Assembly: GCA_951406725.2 (NCBI GenBank)
Contig: OX597815.1
Span: 152,768,001-152,832,000 of the forward strand
Length of the DNA: 64,000 nt
DNA from: Octopus vulgaris
Taxonomy: Eukaryota
Direction: 5' to 3'
Under the pieces are notes generated by a model, which was not told the DNA's origin, did not search any database, and saw nothing but the letters and a program-made list of their open reading frames with translations. Position 1 is the first letter of the stretch; each line of letters opens with the position of its first letter. The translations under genes and the position numbers were made by a program. Of this stretch, positions 50,181 through 63,822 are shown in pieces.

Positions 50181-50800
50181 GGTGAGTGGAAAGCCACTAG
50201 GCATTAGAAATTGCTTACAGAATTTTTAGTATCACTGAAGTCATGACGAAAACATTCTTGAAACAGACAACAGTAATGGGGACTTCTTTTCTTACTGTCT
50301 TATTATTTTATTTCTTATTTTCCAGGTGGCATACATGGAAAGGTAAGCATGCAACACTACGTCCAGAGACAATAAAAAGTTGTCATGCAAAACTGATGAC
50401 CAGGGGCTCTGTGAACGATGGAAAAAGAAGTGGCCATCCAACTACATCTCGATCAGCAGAGTGCAGGAAATGTTTAATCGCAGCTCATAAAAAATCAACA
50501 CCTCAAGCAGCCCATGAAAGTGAACTAACAAGACACACAATACATATGGTGTTGCATAAAGAATAGAATTTTAGTCTGTGGAAACTCCATTATGTGCAGG
50601 AGCTAAAACCTGAAGACTTTGACTGCAGAAGTCCAAAAATCCATGTGATTTTTACCTGTGGGGTTACACAAAAGAGGAAGTGTACAAGACAAAACCTTGC
50701 ACACTGGAACACTTGGCGACATGAATTCAGGTTCTCAAAAATATCCCAAATGATGTCCTTCAGAAGGTTGAGGAAACTTGTTGATGCCACCGATGCTTAT
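50178..50800 (+). mobile_element. Tc1/mariner-superfamily transposase remnant
   Basis: TA|CAGGGTG terminus; RGSVNDGKRSGHPTTSRS, KSTPQAAHES, VQELKPED, DFYLWGYTKEEVYKTKP; internally deleted and frameshifted. Confidence 0.75.
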
Positions 50801-50836
50801 ATATACATGCATATATACTTACATACATACATACAT

Positions 50837-50919
<83 letters not shown>

Positions 50920-53900
50920 GTGCACACACATACATGAAAAAGAAACTGAAGAATGATAATGATGATGACCTCATGACTCAATAAATGGATGTGTGAATAT
51001 AGTAAAAAGTGCAACAGACCAGTGAAAGTATAGAAACGCAGGTCAACTTTTGAAGAGCAGACAGAATTATATATTTAATGTATAATGATAATAGTGATTT
51101 CAAATTTTGGCACAAGGGCAGCAGTTTTGGGGGGAGGAGGTAAGTTGATTACATTGATCCCAGGACTTGACTGGTATTAATTTTATTGACCCTGAAACGA
51201 TGAAAGGCACAGTTGATCTCAGTAGCATTTGGACTCAGAATGTAAAGACAGGTGAAATACTGCTAAACATTTTGTCTGGCATGCTAACAATTCTGTCAGC
51301 TCACTGCTTAACCCTTTAGTGTTCAGATTATTCAATCAAACATAATGCCTATTGATTCCCATTGATTTGAATTAATCATGCATTATCTCATATCTTCAAG
51401 ATCTTGATGGTGTAATTACTTAATGTAGAATAACATTGTAGGGTAGGTGCGAGAGCCTGGATCTGGTCAGTTTGAACATAAAACAGATTAGCTATTTTGG
51501 CAGGATATGGCTGGTTTAAATACTAAAGGGTTAAATAACTGTAACAATAATAATCCTTTCTACTATAGGCACATGGCCTCACAATGTAAAGATAGAAGGA
51601 AATGCTGCTAAGTAATTCGCCTGGCATTTTAACAATTCTGCCAGTTCTTCATCTTAATAATCCTTTCTACAATAGGCAAAAGGCTTGAAATTGTTACATC
51701 AACCCCAGTGCATCACTGGTACTGACCTTGGCAGAATTTGAACTCAGAATGTAGTGGCAGGCGAAATATTGCTAAGCATTTTATCCAGTGTGCTAATGAT
51801 TCTGCCAGCTTGCTGCCTTCGTCTTAATAATAATAACAACAACAACAATAACTGGAGAAGTAGCATAAGTAGCAGCAGCAATAACAATGAAAACAACAAC
51901 AAGCAGCACAAAATGACAAAGTATGCATGACAAAGGTCTACAAAAACAATTAGATATCAATTGAATGGAGGTAAATATATAAATTGATAACAAACAGAGA
52001 CAAACAAAACAAAACAAAAAAATGATAGCATTTAAATTGAGAAGTGCAATGTCTGTATGGATCGTGTGTTTAATTACTAATCATGATTTTAATCCTACCT
52101 ACTTCATTATGTTACTTTTGTTGTTCTTTTTTCATTGGCTTGTTTTGAAGAAAGGGTTTTGTGTCTTTGACTCTTGCAAGCTCTTTCTTATCAGAGAGAC
52201 CAATGTGGTTTGTGTTTCTTTTGACCATTTGTGAGTTAATGACAACAGGGCAAGAATTATAGAGGACCAACATTAAAAGGAGCAGTGGTGAGTTTGTGGG
52301 CTCTAGTGAAGAAGTCCTCACATAGATATGAGAAAAAGAGAGTTGACAGAACAGTGGATGCATAAGCAGAGATAAGAGCAGCCTGTTCTAAGGAGTAGAG
52401 TCCCTGTTTATAATTGTTGTTGTTATTATGAAGGTGGAAAGATGGCAGAATTATTAATATGACAGGCAAAATTCTTAGCAGCATTTTGGCTGTCTTTACA
52501 CTCTAAACTCAAATTTTGCTCTGGTCAACTTTGCTTTTCATCTTTTTGGTGCAGGATTTTTTCCACCTTCATGTTCTGAATCCAAATTCTGCCAAAGTTG
52601 ACTTCAGGGTTGATGAAATATGTACTAGTAGAGCACTGGGTTCACTGAAGTTGATATACTTGACAACTCCCTCAGCCCACAAATTTCAGGCCTTATGTCT
52701 GTTGTAGAAAGGATTATTATTATTATTGTTATCAGTAAGGTGGCAATCTACCAGAACCATTAGCATGCTGACAAAATGCTTAGGGGCATTTCGTCTGTCC
52801 TTGTGTTTTGAGTTCAAATTCTACTGAGGTTGACTTTGCCTTTCATCATTGTGAGGTCAATAAATTAAGTACCAGTGAATTACTGGGGGTTGATGTAATC
52901 AATTGTCCCTTCCCATAAAATTTGAGGCCTTGTGACTGTAGTAGAAAGGATTATTATTATTACTATTAAGACAATGAGCAGGTAGAATTGCTGGCATGCC
53001 GGGTAAAATGCTTAATGGTATTTTGTCCATATGTTCTGAATTCAAATTCTGTCAAGGTTGTCTGCTTTTCATCCTTTCAGGAGCAATAAAATAAGTACCA
53101 GCTGAGCACTGAGGTCAATATAATTGATTTCCCCCACCCCTAAAAATTACTGGCCTTGTGTCAAAATAAGAAAGGACTATTACTATTATTGCTGTTGTTG
53201 TTGTTAAGGTAGTGAGTTGGCACAATCCTTAGCATGTCAAGCAAAATGCTTAGAAAAAAGATGCGTGGTGGAGAGAAGTTTAAGTTTATTAGTGAATGAC
53301 TTCATAGCAAACAATTGAATTACTTTGCTTTTGAATCAAAGTCTGTATGTGTAGCAGCAGCAAGGTCTGAGATGTTGGAGCAGTACTCCATTGTGAGCTT
53401 TGTCACAGGTCAGCTATAATAGTTGCTGTTACTGTTGCTGCTGCTGCAACATTTTCTAGTTTCAAAGAGGCAGGTCATTTCCAAAGAGCAATTATGGACA
53501 GGCTGCAGATGTGAATTTTCCACACGAGATCCTCAGTGATGGTGAGAGTAACACTTGTAGAGAACTTGAAGGTTCTAGTTGTATCTTGTAGGAATGAGAT
53601 AATGGTTTTTTGATGTATCTACTGATTGCATCTTTGTACTGTAGAGAGAGACAAGACTGGTGTAATCCCATAAGGGGATGAGATATCTGTTCATAGAGTC
53701 AATGCAGATATAGTGTGAAGTATTAGGGTCCATCACCATCAGTTATCATCCATTTTCCATGATTGCATGATTTTACAACAGAACTATGCCAAGCATCAAT
53801 GTCTGTTTTGGCATAGTTTCTATGGCTGGATGCTCTTCTTAACAGCAACCACTTTACAGAGTGTACTAGGTACTTTTTATTTGGCAATGGCACCAGTGAG

Positions 53901-54692
53901 ATTGCTAAGTACCTTACAAAACAAAACTCCTCAAATTAGGTGAGTGTAGTATTGAGAGAGGTGACTTTGTACAAGATGATGAGAGGTTAAAGTATGATAG
54001 AGAAGCAGGAATATGTGTCTTGCAGTAGGGGAGATATGTAGTTACCTTGGTTGGAAAAGATAGAAGATTGTAATGATGATGTGTCAGGAAGTATCCTCAA
54101 GTTACATATTAGGTGGAAAAAAGTGTTACAGAGAGTTGTATAAGTTGAGTGGGAAGGTAAGCTCACAAGAGTGTGGGAGAGTGGTAGATGAATAGAGGAG
54201 ACAGAGGCAAATGCAATGAATGGTGAACACAGTTGAAGGTATAGACCATATGAATAACATTCAGGTATGAAAAGTTAAGCACAAATGAAGGGTGTTATAT
54301 TTGTCGAATCAGGTGTGGTTGGAGGTGATGGTAAATATCAATAGATTGTTGATGTATAGGAAAAAAAAAGCATGGAGAAAAAGAACCAAACCCTGGCACA
54401 CAAAGGAGTGGATAGAATATGTATCAGAAAGAGCTTCCACAGCAGGTGTCCCTATAGTGCAATGTAAGAGAAAGCGACCAATCCAAGAGAGGAGACCCAT
54501 CATGTTATACCTCTGTCCTTATTTTGTCTGGTTGGGTTTAGAGTTCACTCCTATGTCATGATAGGGTGTTTAGTATCAGGAAGGATGTCTGGCAGTAAAA
54601 AGAATTATTTCAACAATAAACAAATGTCAAACTTTCAAAAATTTACAAAAATCTACCAAACTTTCAAAAATCCATAAAAATTTACCTAACCC

Positions 54693-54739
<47 letters not shown>

Positions 54740-55229
54740 TAGTAAAATATGTGAAGCAATAGAAAAATGCATGTTTGTATTGAAAAAATATCGAATCATA
54801 TCTATATGCATTTAATCTTGCTCTGAAATTAGACCCATGAGGGCATTTTCAGTAGTTTTGTATGAAGATTGAACTGATCAGTTCCACTGTCTTTACACCT
54901 TATCAGAGTTCCATTATCTCTCCTTCGCAAAATATCAATGTAAAAAATTATGGCAAGTATAACTCATTTGCATAATGGCACAAAGTTTGAAAGCAAAGCC
55001 TAATTTCTAAAGTACCAAGACAGCAAGGGTTATGAAACAGATCAATGAGATCTATAATTAAAGGAAATTTAGCTATGATCATCCTTTTGTATATCAGGGA
55101 ATACACTGTCTAATGTGTCTTCTTTTTTTAAGACAGTAGGTGTGATGCGAGGGATATTTGGTTGCTATATCTAGCAGGGCAAGTGACCGTATAGATATTC
55201 CTTCATTGATACAAGTATTATTTCTTTCC

Positions 55230-55770
55230 CAAAGTTGGTGCTACAAATGGTTTAATAATTTATGTTAAAAACTCTAAGAGACTTGATATCTCCTTCATTC
55301 CCAGTACCATATCTGCAATCTCCATGTTCATCAGAGTAGCCATCACGTTATTGTTCAACATGTCCATCAAAGTCACAGTTATGATAACAAGGTTGTTATA
55401 ATTCATTATTGAAGTGGTTTGCAAAAAAGTCTCATAGATATGGTCCTTTTGCTCATCCATCAATCCTGACTTCATATACAAGTATTACTATTGTGTTACC
55501 TGTGAAAAGACTTGATTTAATTATTCTGTCACATAAACTAGCTTTCTCAATTACTTTATTTCTCTGCCAACAATATGTCTACTGTACACACCTCAGCACT
55601 GTTACACACCCAGAAGAATTTGTACCTTGTTTCTTGCTCAAGAGAAACCTGATTGATGTCCTCCTCCATCTTACTTCTTGCACACAGCACACATCTAATT
55701 ACTGCTCTTCTAGCATCGCAACATTCTTCCCAGATATACCTTTCACCATAGTAACATATTGATGGCTACC
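55230..55770 (-). mobile_element. Decayed LINE apurinic-endonuclease fragment (RTE-like)
   Basis: Minus strand reads NVxTM...DVCCVQEVRWR with stops and frameshifts. Confidence 0.6.
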
Positions 55771-56195
55771 ATAAAGTCCATGTGTATTAATATGTATCAA
55801 AACATGGGGAGGCAGTACTGATTATATCTATGAAAAAGAAACTTCAATATTTTTGATTTATAACTTTACCTCCTGTGCTGCAAATATTCAGTGTTAATTA
55901 CATTAATTTAAGTCTGTATGCTGCTTTAATAACGTCTTTATTCTTTCAAGCTTTTAGCAATAATCCAGTGATTATGAGTGATATTTAACTACTCTTTCTA
56001 CCAGGGCAAACAACCATGTAAGCACTCCCTCAAAATGTCAGAGGTAATCAAATATGCTATTTATCCTCTGACATGGCTAGCTGGCTGGCGAGATGGATTG
56101 GTATGATATGTTAACAAACAGCTAACTGTGTTGACACAGAAAAAATAATATATATCTGTATTAAACAAATTAAAAGAATAAAGAGTTCTACCAAC

Positions 56196-56353
56196 CTTTA
56201 TACTAAATTCTTGAGCAGCACCATTGGTGGCTTCCAGCAATGCATCAATTCCACCACCAGCCTTGACATAATATAAGTAGTGCAGCAATGATATTTGACT
56301 AGTTTCCTTTCCAAACATACAACGTGTAGCAGCTTCTGAACAATGGATTGCAG
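56196..56353 (-). CDS. MAO-like amine oxidase exon
   Basis: ttttag|...|gttggt; AAIHCSEAATRCMFGKETSQISLLHYLYYVKAGGGIDALLEATNGAAQEFSIK. Confidence 0.92.
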
Positions 56354-56648
56354 CTAAAAGGAAGAAATATTGTAGTTCTGTTAGTCTTTTATTGGGACAC
56401 CACATTCAAGGATACACAACCACATGGTTTTGGGTGCAATTTCACTGAATGGCACCTTGGGCAAGTGTCTTTTACTATAACTTCAGGTCAACCAAAGCCT
56501 TGTGAGTGGATTTGGTATATGGAAACTGACAGAAGCTAGACAAAATTGACAATATGAATGAGTTATAAACAAATAACAGTCAACTATTCTATATATAAAT
56601 ATATATATATATAACAGTCAACTGATCTATATATAAATTGATATGTAC

Positions 56649-56763
56649 CTTTTGTCCATGCATTTGCTCTGGTAAATTCTTGTAAGGTCATGCTATCCCA
56701 AACAGCAGCATTTGGATGAGAATATGGGTTGTAAACATCAATTTCCTCACACATTTTATTAAT
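56649..56763 (-). CDS. MAO-like amine oxidase exon
   Basis: ttgcag|...|gtacat; INKMCEEIDVYNPYSHPNAAVWDSMTLQEFTRANAWTK (cf. MAO PW..P.A..WD.MT). Confidence 0.9.
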
Positions 56764-58457
56764 CTGCAAGAAATCATAACAGCATGATTCAGAGTACAAT
56801 AGTTATAATGATTTACAAATCATAATAATGGTGATGATGATGGTGGTGGTGGTGGTGGTGGCGACAATGATGATGGTGATAGTGATGATGAAGATAATGG
56901 TCATGATGAAGGTGATGATGTAAGAGATGGACTCTTACAACAAACTTGTGTGACTCATTTATTTTATATCAACTTGAAACACTGACCCTAATGGTCTGCT
57001 CCCCACAAGAACTATTCAGATTTCCAACACATAAAATCAGGTCTTCAGAAGACATGTGAGTGAGCCCTCAAGGTTTTCTGACTTGAGGTGAAGGCCAATA
57101 ACAATATTATGACAACAATGATGATGATGATGATTATGATGCATTAGTATTTCATTTTGACTTTATATCACAATACTGTAATTAATATTTTCAAGGCTAA
57201 CAATTTGTTGGCTTTTATCTTTGTTTTGTCTTAGTTATTATTGTGTAATTCCTGGTAGGTACTGGTCAAGCAGACCTGCCATACACACCCCACACACAAG
57301 TAGTCAGGTGTGTGTGATATCAGTTCTGTTGTTCAAGATATCTTGAATGTATTGCTTCTCTGGGCATTGACACACTAAAGTTTCAACATCTAGCAGCTGA
57401 CTTGGTAGATTGGTAAAAGCTTACAAGACTGTTCACCATCTTTCCAACAACAACTTTGGCCACCTATTTGAATTCAATACCTCTACTACTCATGAAGATG
57501 CTTATACAATTAGAAAAAAAAAAAAAAAAAAACACAACAAAACAAAAACACTGCAACTTTTGGAAACATTTTTCCATATTCAGAATTGTCAAAGCAAGGA
57601 AAAAAGCTACATATGTTGGTTGTTAGTTGTCAAAACACTGCATACATCAAAAATTCCATGCTCTCTAAAACTCATGAATACTACTTCTGACAAGCTTATG
57701 TACCCTCTTCTCTTTATGGCACCTTTACAGCCCACTTTTTACTCTTTCTGTTTTATTCTATGTACTATGCATGCACTTTTAACTTTCATTGCAGTCCTTG
57801 TTTTATTGCTGTCCTTCTTATGGTGGATTTCTCTTCCCTTTTTTACCCTTTTCTAATGAATATATATTAGCAACGGAGGTAGTATTAATACCTAGAGATA
57901 ATATTCACTCCAACTTAAGTGTGGATGTTCTATTACAACAAACTTTACAGCAGTAGTCACCATGAGAGAAACTCTCATATTAGCTTTGTGCTGGAAGTAG
58001 AGGGAATTTGTCACCCTGCTAGAGATATAAACAAGAGTGCATTTTACACTAAAAAGTCAATAAAGGAGTTTTTCTCAAGGTAACTACCACAGTAAAGTTT
58101 GTTCTAAGAGAACAACCACATTTAATTGGGGATAAATATGATTTTTCTGATGAGTTCTAGTACAACTGAGCACTGTATACAATAAGCTCATTCTACTTTC
58201 ACCTACATGAAGACCACATTTTTATGTGCAGGTGGCACATAAAAAGCACCATTTGAGCGTGGCCATTGCCAGTACTGCCTGAGTGCCCCTCGTACCGGTG
58301 GCACATAAAAGCACCCACTACACTCTCAGGGTGGTTGGCGTTAGTAAGGGCATCCAGCTGTAGAAATTCTGCCAGATCAGATTGGTGCAGTCATCTGGTT
58401 TGCTAGACCTCAGTCAAATCGTCCAATCAATGCTAGCATGGAAAGTGGACGTTAAAC

Positions 58458-58493
<36 letters not shown>

Positions 58494-60415
58494 ACAAAAA
58501 TGTTACACATGAAACAAAATTTAATAGAAATATATTGTCATATATAACTATGTGTGAGAATATATTCTTGTGGCTTATAATAGTTATTTGTATGAAAAAT
58601 ATCAGAACACATAAATGTCTATGTAGCAACACAATTTCTAAAAGATATTCGTATTCATGACAGGTAACAATGCAAAATATATTTAAAATACGGACTTCAT
58701 AAACAAGAGAAAAAACTCTATTTGTAAACTTGTTAACTTTTCGTTTAATGATAATTAATGAACTTATTGTATGCAATGACCAGGTGTATTATGACTTGTC
58801 AGAACAAGTTAAAGGAAGATGCAGAAAGCAGACATAAGTCAAGAAAAGAAAGACAGCAATGACAGCCAGAAGTATGCACACAGTACACAGAATGAAACAC
58901 AAAAGACAGAAAAATGAACAGTAAAAGAGCCTTAATGAAGGAAAGGGTGCATAAGCATCTCAGGAGTAGTGTTGGCAAATTTTGGGAAGCATGGAATTTT
59001 TGAAGGATGCAGTGTCCAAACAGTTAATAACAAATATGGTAGTTTATTCTATGCTTTTACAATTCTGGATGTGAAAAAATGTTTCCAAAAATTATGAGCA
59101 CTGTTTTGTTTTTTGATGTCTATTGGTTGTAGAGGTACTGAATTCAAAAGGGTGGCCAAACTTGTTCTTGGAAAGATGTAGATAATCTTGTGCACTTCTA
59201 CCAAATCAGCTGTTAGACACTGAAATTTTAGTGTATTGATGCCAAGAGAAACAATACATTCTAGATATGGTAGTTGATCAAAAAGTGTTTGCCTGGTTGT
59301 GGTCATTTCATACAGTAAAATGGTTCTACTTGTTTGTCTGAATGGTTACAAAATTGAACCTTGGGAAGTCAAGATGTATGAACTATCTGTTCAATATCTC
59401 TTTCCACCTTTATTTCTAAGGATTGTAGGATATGATTTGACATGACACCATAGTTCCAAATGCTTCCAACAATCACTTGGACTAAATCTGGTGTAATACT
59501 GCTACATATCTATCAACTCTGAGAAGTTACAGAACAAGGTCACATTTAAACTTGGCAGTGTTCAAACTCAGAAGACTAATATAGGAAACTAGAAAGCACG
59601 AAACAGCTGTGTTGGCTCTCTACACTCTTCAATAACTCCACAGGTACTCCAAAGCACTATAAAATGTGTGTGAATGTCATGTCATTACAGACATATCTCC
59701 AGTGTTTTATTGTAGTTGCCATTTAAAACCTGTTCAACATTGTATTCCAGCTGTGACCATCATTCTTTCAGATCAACATTTAATGCATCCTTTCCAATTT
59801 TTCAGATAGTTGTCAAATGATTTGAGGGTCATTTAATTTTTATTTCAAGGCAATTCTCCTCGAGTTCATATTGGTTCTTATTTGGAATAAGATATGTAGT
59901 ATGGGATGTGGTTGTGGAGTTCACATTCTCTTTGTCTGTTCCTTTCACTAATTCTATTATAGAAGTCAATTATTGGTCAGTTAATAAAGTTACTGATTTA
60001 GGCTGGAGGAGCCAGCACACCTATAGAAGAGAACATTCAAAAAGGCATTTTAAATTGTCCTGACGATAATATATATATATATATATATATACATATTTAT
60101 ATATATATATACTCATACATACAGATATACATACATTGACTACATTGTAAGACGTTTGCTTCTTATATATATATATATATGTATGTATGTATATGTACAT
60201 AGGTGTGGTTTGAAAGGATTTGGAAGAAATTGTTATTCTTTTACTTTGTGGTGTGAGTATATTACATATAAAAAAGCACACATTAATATACAATTAACAA
60301 GGAGACAAGTGAATGATGTTTTTTATTATAATGGTTCTGACCACAAAAGTTACTTCAAAAATAAGCCAGAAGATGAGGCATTAATCCTATTAAAGTTACT
60401 TAAGAATATACTTAC

Positions 60416-60590
60416 CTTCCGTAAGAAAATGAACAAGTCCAACATTGAAAGAATAGATAAGTTTGGTATGGGAGTAGCATAAGATTTGATTGAGCCATCT
60501 GTTATTTGTATGAATTTCATTCCTTCAACGTAGATTTTATCAAGACCAATATTGAATTTCTGTAACATTTCAATGATATGAGGCTGGCAG
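60416..60590 (-). CDS. Flavin-containing amine oxidase (MAO-like), first visible exon
   Basis: ttcag|...|gtaagt; CQPHIIEMLQKFNIGLDKIYVEGMKFIQITDGSIKSYATPIPNLSILSMLDLFIFLRK; follows the DLGGxW region of MAOs, which is outside the window. Confidence 0.85.
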
Positions 60591-60749
60591 CTGAACATGG
60601 AAAAAAATGGAATTCAGAATTTCATTAATCTGACAATTAATAGCCAGAATGACGTAGAAAGAGGGAAAGAAAGAAAAAAGGATTAAGTAGCACAATACAA
60701 GATTAAATGATTAAGGGATATGGGGTGATAAAAAGTTAATTCTTTCATA

Positions 60750-62843
60750 TCACCATCATCATCATCATCATCATCATTTAGCGTCCGTTTTCCATGCTAG
60801 CATGGGTTGGACGGTTCAACTGGGGTCTGGGAGCCCGAAGGCTGCACCAGGCCAGTCAGATCTGGCAGTGTTTCTACAGCTGGATGCCCTTCCTAACGCC
60901 AACCACTCCGAGAGTGTAGTGGGTGATTTTATGTGCCACCGACACAGGTGCCAGACGAGGCTGGCGAACGGCCACGCTCGGATGGTGTTTTTATGTGCCA
61001 CCGACACAGGTGCCAGACGAGGCTGGCAGACAGCCACGCTCGGATGGTGTTTTTATGTGCCACCGACACAGGTGCCAGATGAGGCTGGCGGACGGCCACG
61101 CTCGGATGGTGTTTTTATGTGCCACCGACACAGGTGCCAGACGAGGCTGGCAGACGGCCACGCTCGGATGGTGTTTTTATGTGCCACCGACACAGGTGCC
61201 AGATGAGGCTGGCGCCAAAGCACGGAGGCCAGTCTATGCGGTACTGGCTACGGCCACGTTCGGATGATTTTCTTGTGTGCCACCGGCACTGGTACCACAA
61301 AGATACAAATTCCATTGATGTTCATCTATTTTGATTTGTTTTGATTTGATTTGATTTGATTTGATTTTCACTTGCCTCAACAGGTCTTCACAAGTGTCAC
61401 AAGAAGGAAGGTATGCACAGGTGGACTGACTACGTCCCAGGTAGGGGCCACGGGTTATGGCCTGACTAGTCTTGCCGGGTCTTCGGATGGTGTTTTTATG
61501 TGCCACCGACACAGGTGCCAGATGAGGCTGGCGAACGGCCACGATCGGATGGTGTTTGTTGCGTGCTGACGGCCACGATCGGATGGTGTTTGTTATGTGC
61601 CCACATCACAGAGGCCAGTCGATGCGGTACTGGCTACGGCCACGTTCGGATGGTTTTCTTGTGTGCCACCGGTACTGGTACCACAAAGATACAAATTCCA
61701 TTGATGTTCATCTATTCTGATTTGGTTTGATTTGATTTGATTTGATTTTGATTTTTGATTTTCACTTGCCTCAACAGGTCTACACAAGTGTCACACACTT
61801 GCCTCAACAGGTCTTCACAAGTGTCATAAGTAGGAAGGTATGCACAGGTGGACTGACTACGTCGCCGGGTCTTCGGATGGTGTTTTTATGTGCCACCGAC
61901 ACAGGTGCCAGATGAGGCTGGCGAACAGCCACGATCGGATGGTTTTCTTGTGTGCCACCGGTACTGGAACCACAAGGATACAAATTCCATTGATGTTCAT
62001 CTATTTTGATTTGGTTTGATTTTCACTTGCCTCAATAGGTCTTCACAAGTTTGGTTTGATTTTCACTTTCACTTGCCTCAACAGGTCTTCACAAGTTTGG
62101 TTTGATTTTCACTTGCCTCAACAAGTCTTCACAAGTGTCACACACTTGCCTCTGCCTCAACAGGTCTTCACAAAGTGTCACACACTTGCCTCTGCCTCAA
62201 CAGGTCTTCACAAGTGTCACACACTTGCCTCAACAGGTCTTCACAAGTGTCATAAGAGGGAAGGTATGCACAGGTGGACTGACTACGTCGCCGGGTCTTC
62301 AGATGGTGTTTTTATGTGCCACCGACACAGGTGCCAGATGAGGCTGGCGAACGGCCACGATCAGATGGTGTTTGTTGTGCCCACAGCACGGAGGTCAGTC
62401 GATGCGGTACTGGCTACGGCCACGTTCGGATGCTTTTCTTGTGTGCCACCGGTACTGGAACCACAAAGATACAAATTCCATTGATGTTCATCTATTTTGA
62501 TTTGGTTTGATTTGATTTTCACTTGCCTCAACAGGTCTTCACAAGGGTCACACACTTGCCTCAACAGGTCTCCACAAGTGTCACACACTTGCCTCTGCCT
62601 CAACAGGTCTTCACAAGTGTCACACACTTGCCTCAACAGGTCTTCACAAGTGTCATAAGAGGGAAGGTATGCACAGGTGGACTGACTACGTCGCCGGGTC
62701 TTCGGATGGTGTCTTTATGTGCCACCGACACAGGTGCCAGATGAGGCTGGCGAACGGCCACGATCGGATGGTTTTCTTGTGTGCCACCGGTACTGGAACC
62801 ACAAAGATACAAATTCCATTGATGTTCATCTATTTTGATTTGG
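60750..62843 (-). repeat. RTE 3' tail with amplified UTR: 5 x 62-bp units plus higher-order repeats
   Basis: Units start at 60931, 60993, 61055, 61117 and 61179; then ~300-430-bp blocks containing ~32-bp sub-repeats cacttgcctcaacaggtcttcacaagtgtcaca. Confidence 0.9.
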
Positions 62844-63822
62844 TGCAACTGATCTGATCTTTTAGTTAGCCCTGTTTTATCTCTATTAGTATTATTGTTA
62901 TGACTTGTGAAATTTAGCCTCACGCCTTGTGTCTTTTTTTTTTTTTTTTTTTTTTATATGTACATATAATTCTATAGTTCATCTTAATATATATCGTTGT
63001 CTCATGTCTTGTGTTAAATATATATTTAATCTTAAAGCTTGCCCCTAATTTTATTTTATCGATCAGTCTCACGCCTCGTAGATATAGAATAAACGTATTT
63101 ATAATTTATAGCTCCTTATCGTTTCACGCTTCTCCCATAGATTAGGCAAAATTTAGGTATTTATAGCTACTAATAACTATTTCTCTCCCAAGGAAGGAAG
63201 AATGGCTGCCGGCCGATTCTTGGCGGGCCACGACCCCCCCCTCGTTCCTCTTCAATTGTCTTATATCTCTTTCGATCGCCATTCGGCCCCCTTCTCCGCC
63301 ACCCTATATGCATATAAACCAGCGACTGTTTTTAACGGCCTCACTTGAATTCAAACTGTTATCCGACTCCCTACGAAAAATACGAAATACGAAATACGAA
63401 AAATGAATCCAAGCTAAGCAATCTATATTTAATTTCAACCCGTGTACCTACTTAACTATCTGCAACTGATCTGATCTTTTAGTTAGCCCTGTTTTATCTC
63501 TATTAGTATTATTGTTATGACTTGTGAAATTTAGCCTCACGCCTTGTGTCTTTTTTTTTTTTTTTTTTTATATGTACATATAATTCTATAGTTCATCTTA
63601 ATATATATCGTTGTCTCATGTCTTGTGTTAAATATATATTTAATCTTAAAGCTTGCCCCTAATTTTATTTTATCGATCAGTCTCACGCCTCGTAGATATA
63701 GAATAAACATATTTATAATTTATAGCTCCTTATCGTTTCACGCTTCTCCCATAGATTAGGCAAAATTTAGGTATTTATAGCTACTAATAACTATTTCTCT
63801 CCTAAGAAGGGAATGGCTGCCG
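62844..63822. repeat. Near-identical ~345-bp direct repeat, period 617 bp
   Basis: 62844-63188 matches 63461-63801; each copy is followed by AATGGCTGCC and then unrelated GC-rich sequence. Confidence 0.9.

Noticed and set aside
60931-62843. CRISPR-like repeat array
   Set aside because: Units are contiguous with no unique spacers, derive from the RTE 3'UTR seen elsewhere in the window, and there are no cas genes; eukaryotic intron
60802-62923. Repetitive ORFs (MCHRHRCQ..., PQQVFTSVTHL...)
   Set aside because: By-products of tandem repeats, open in several frames on both strands
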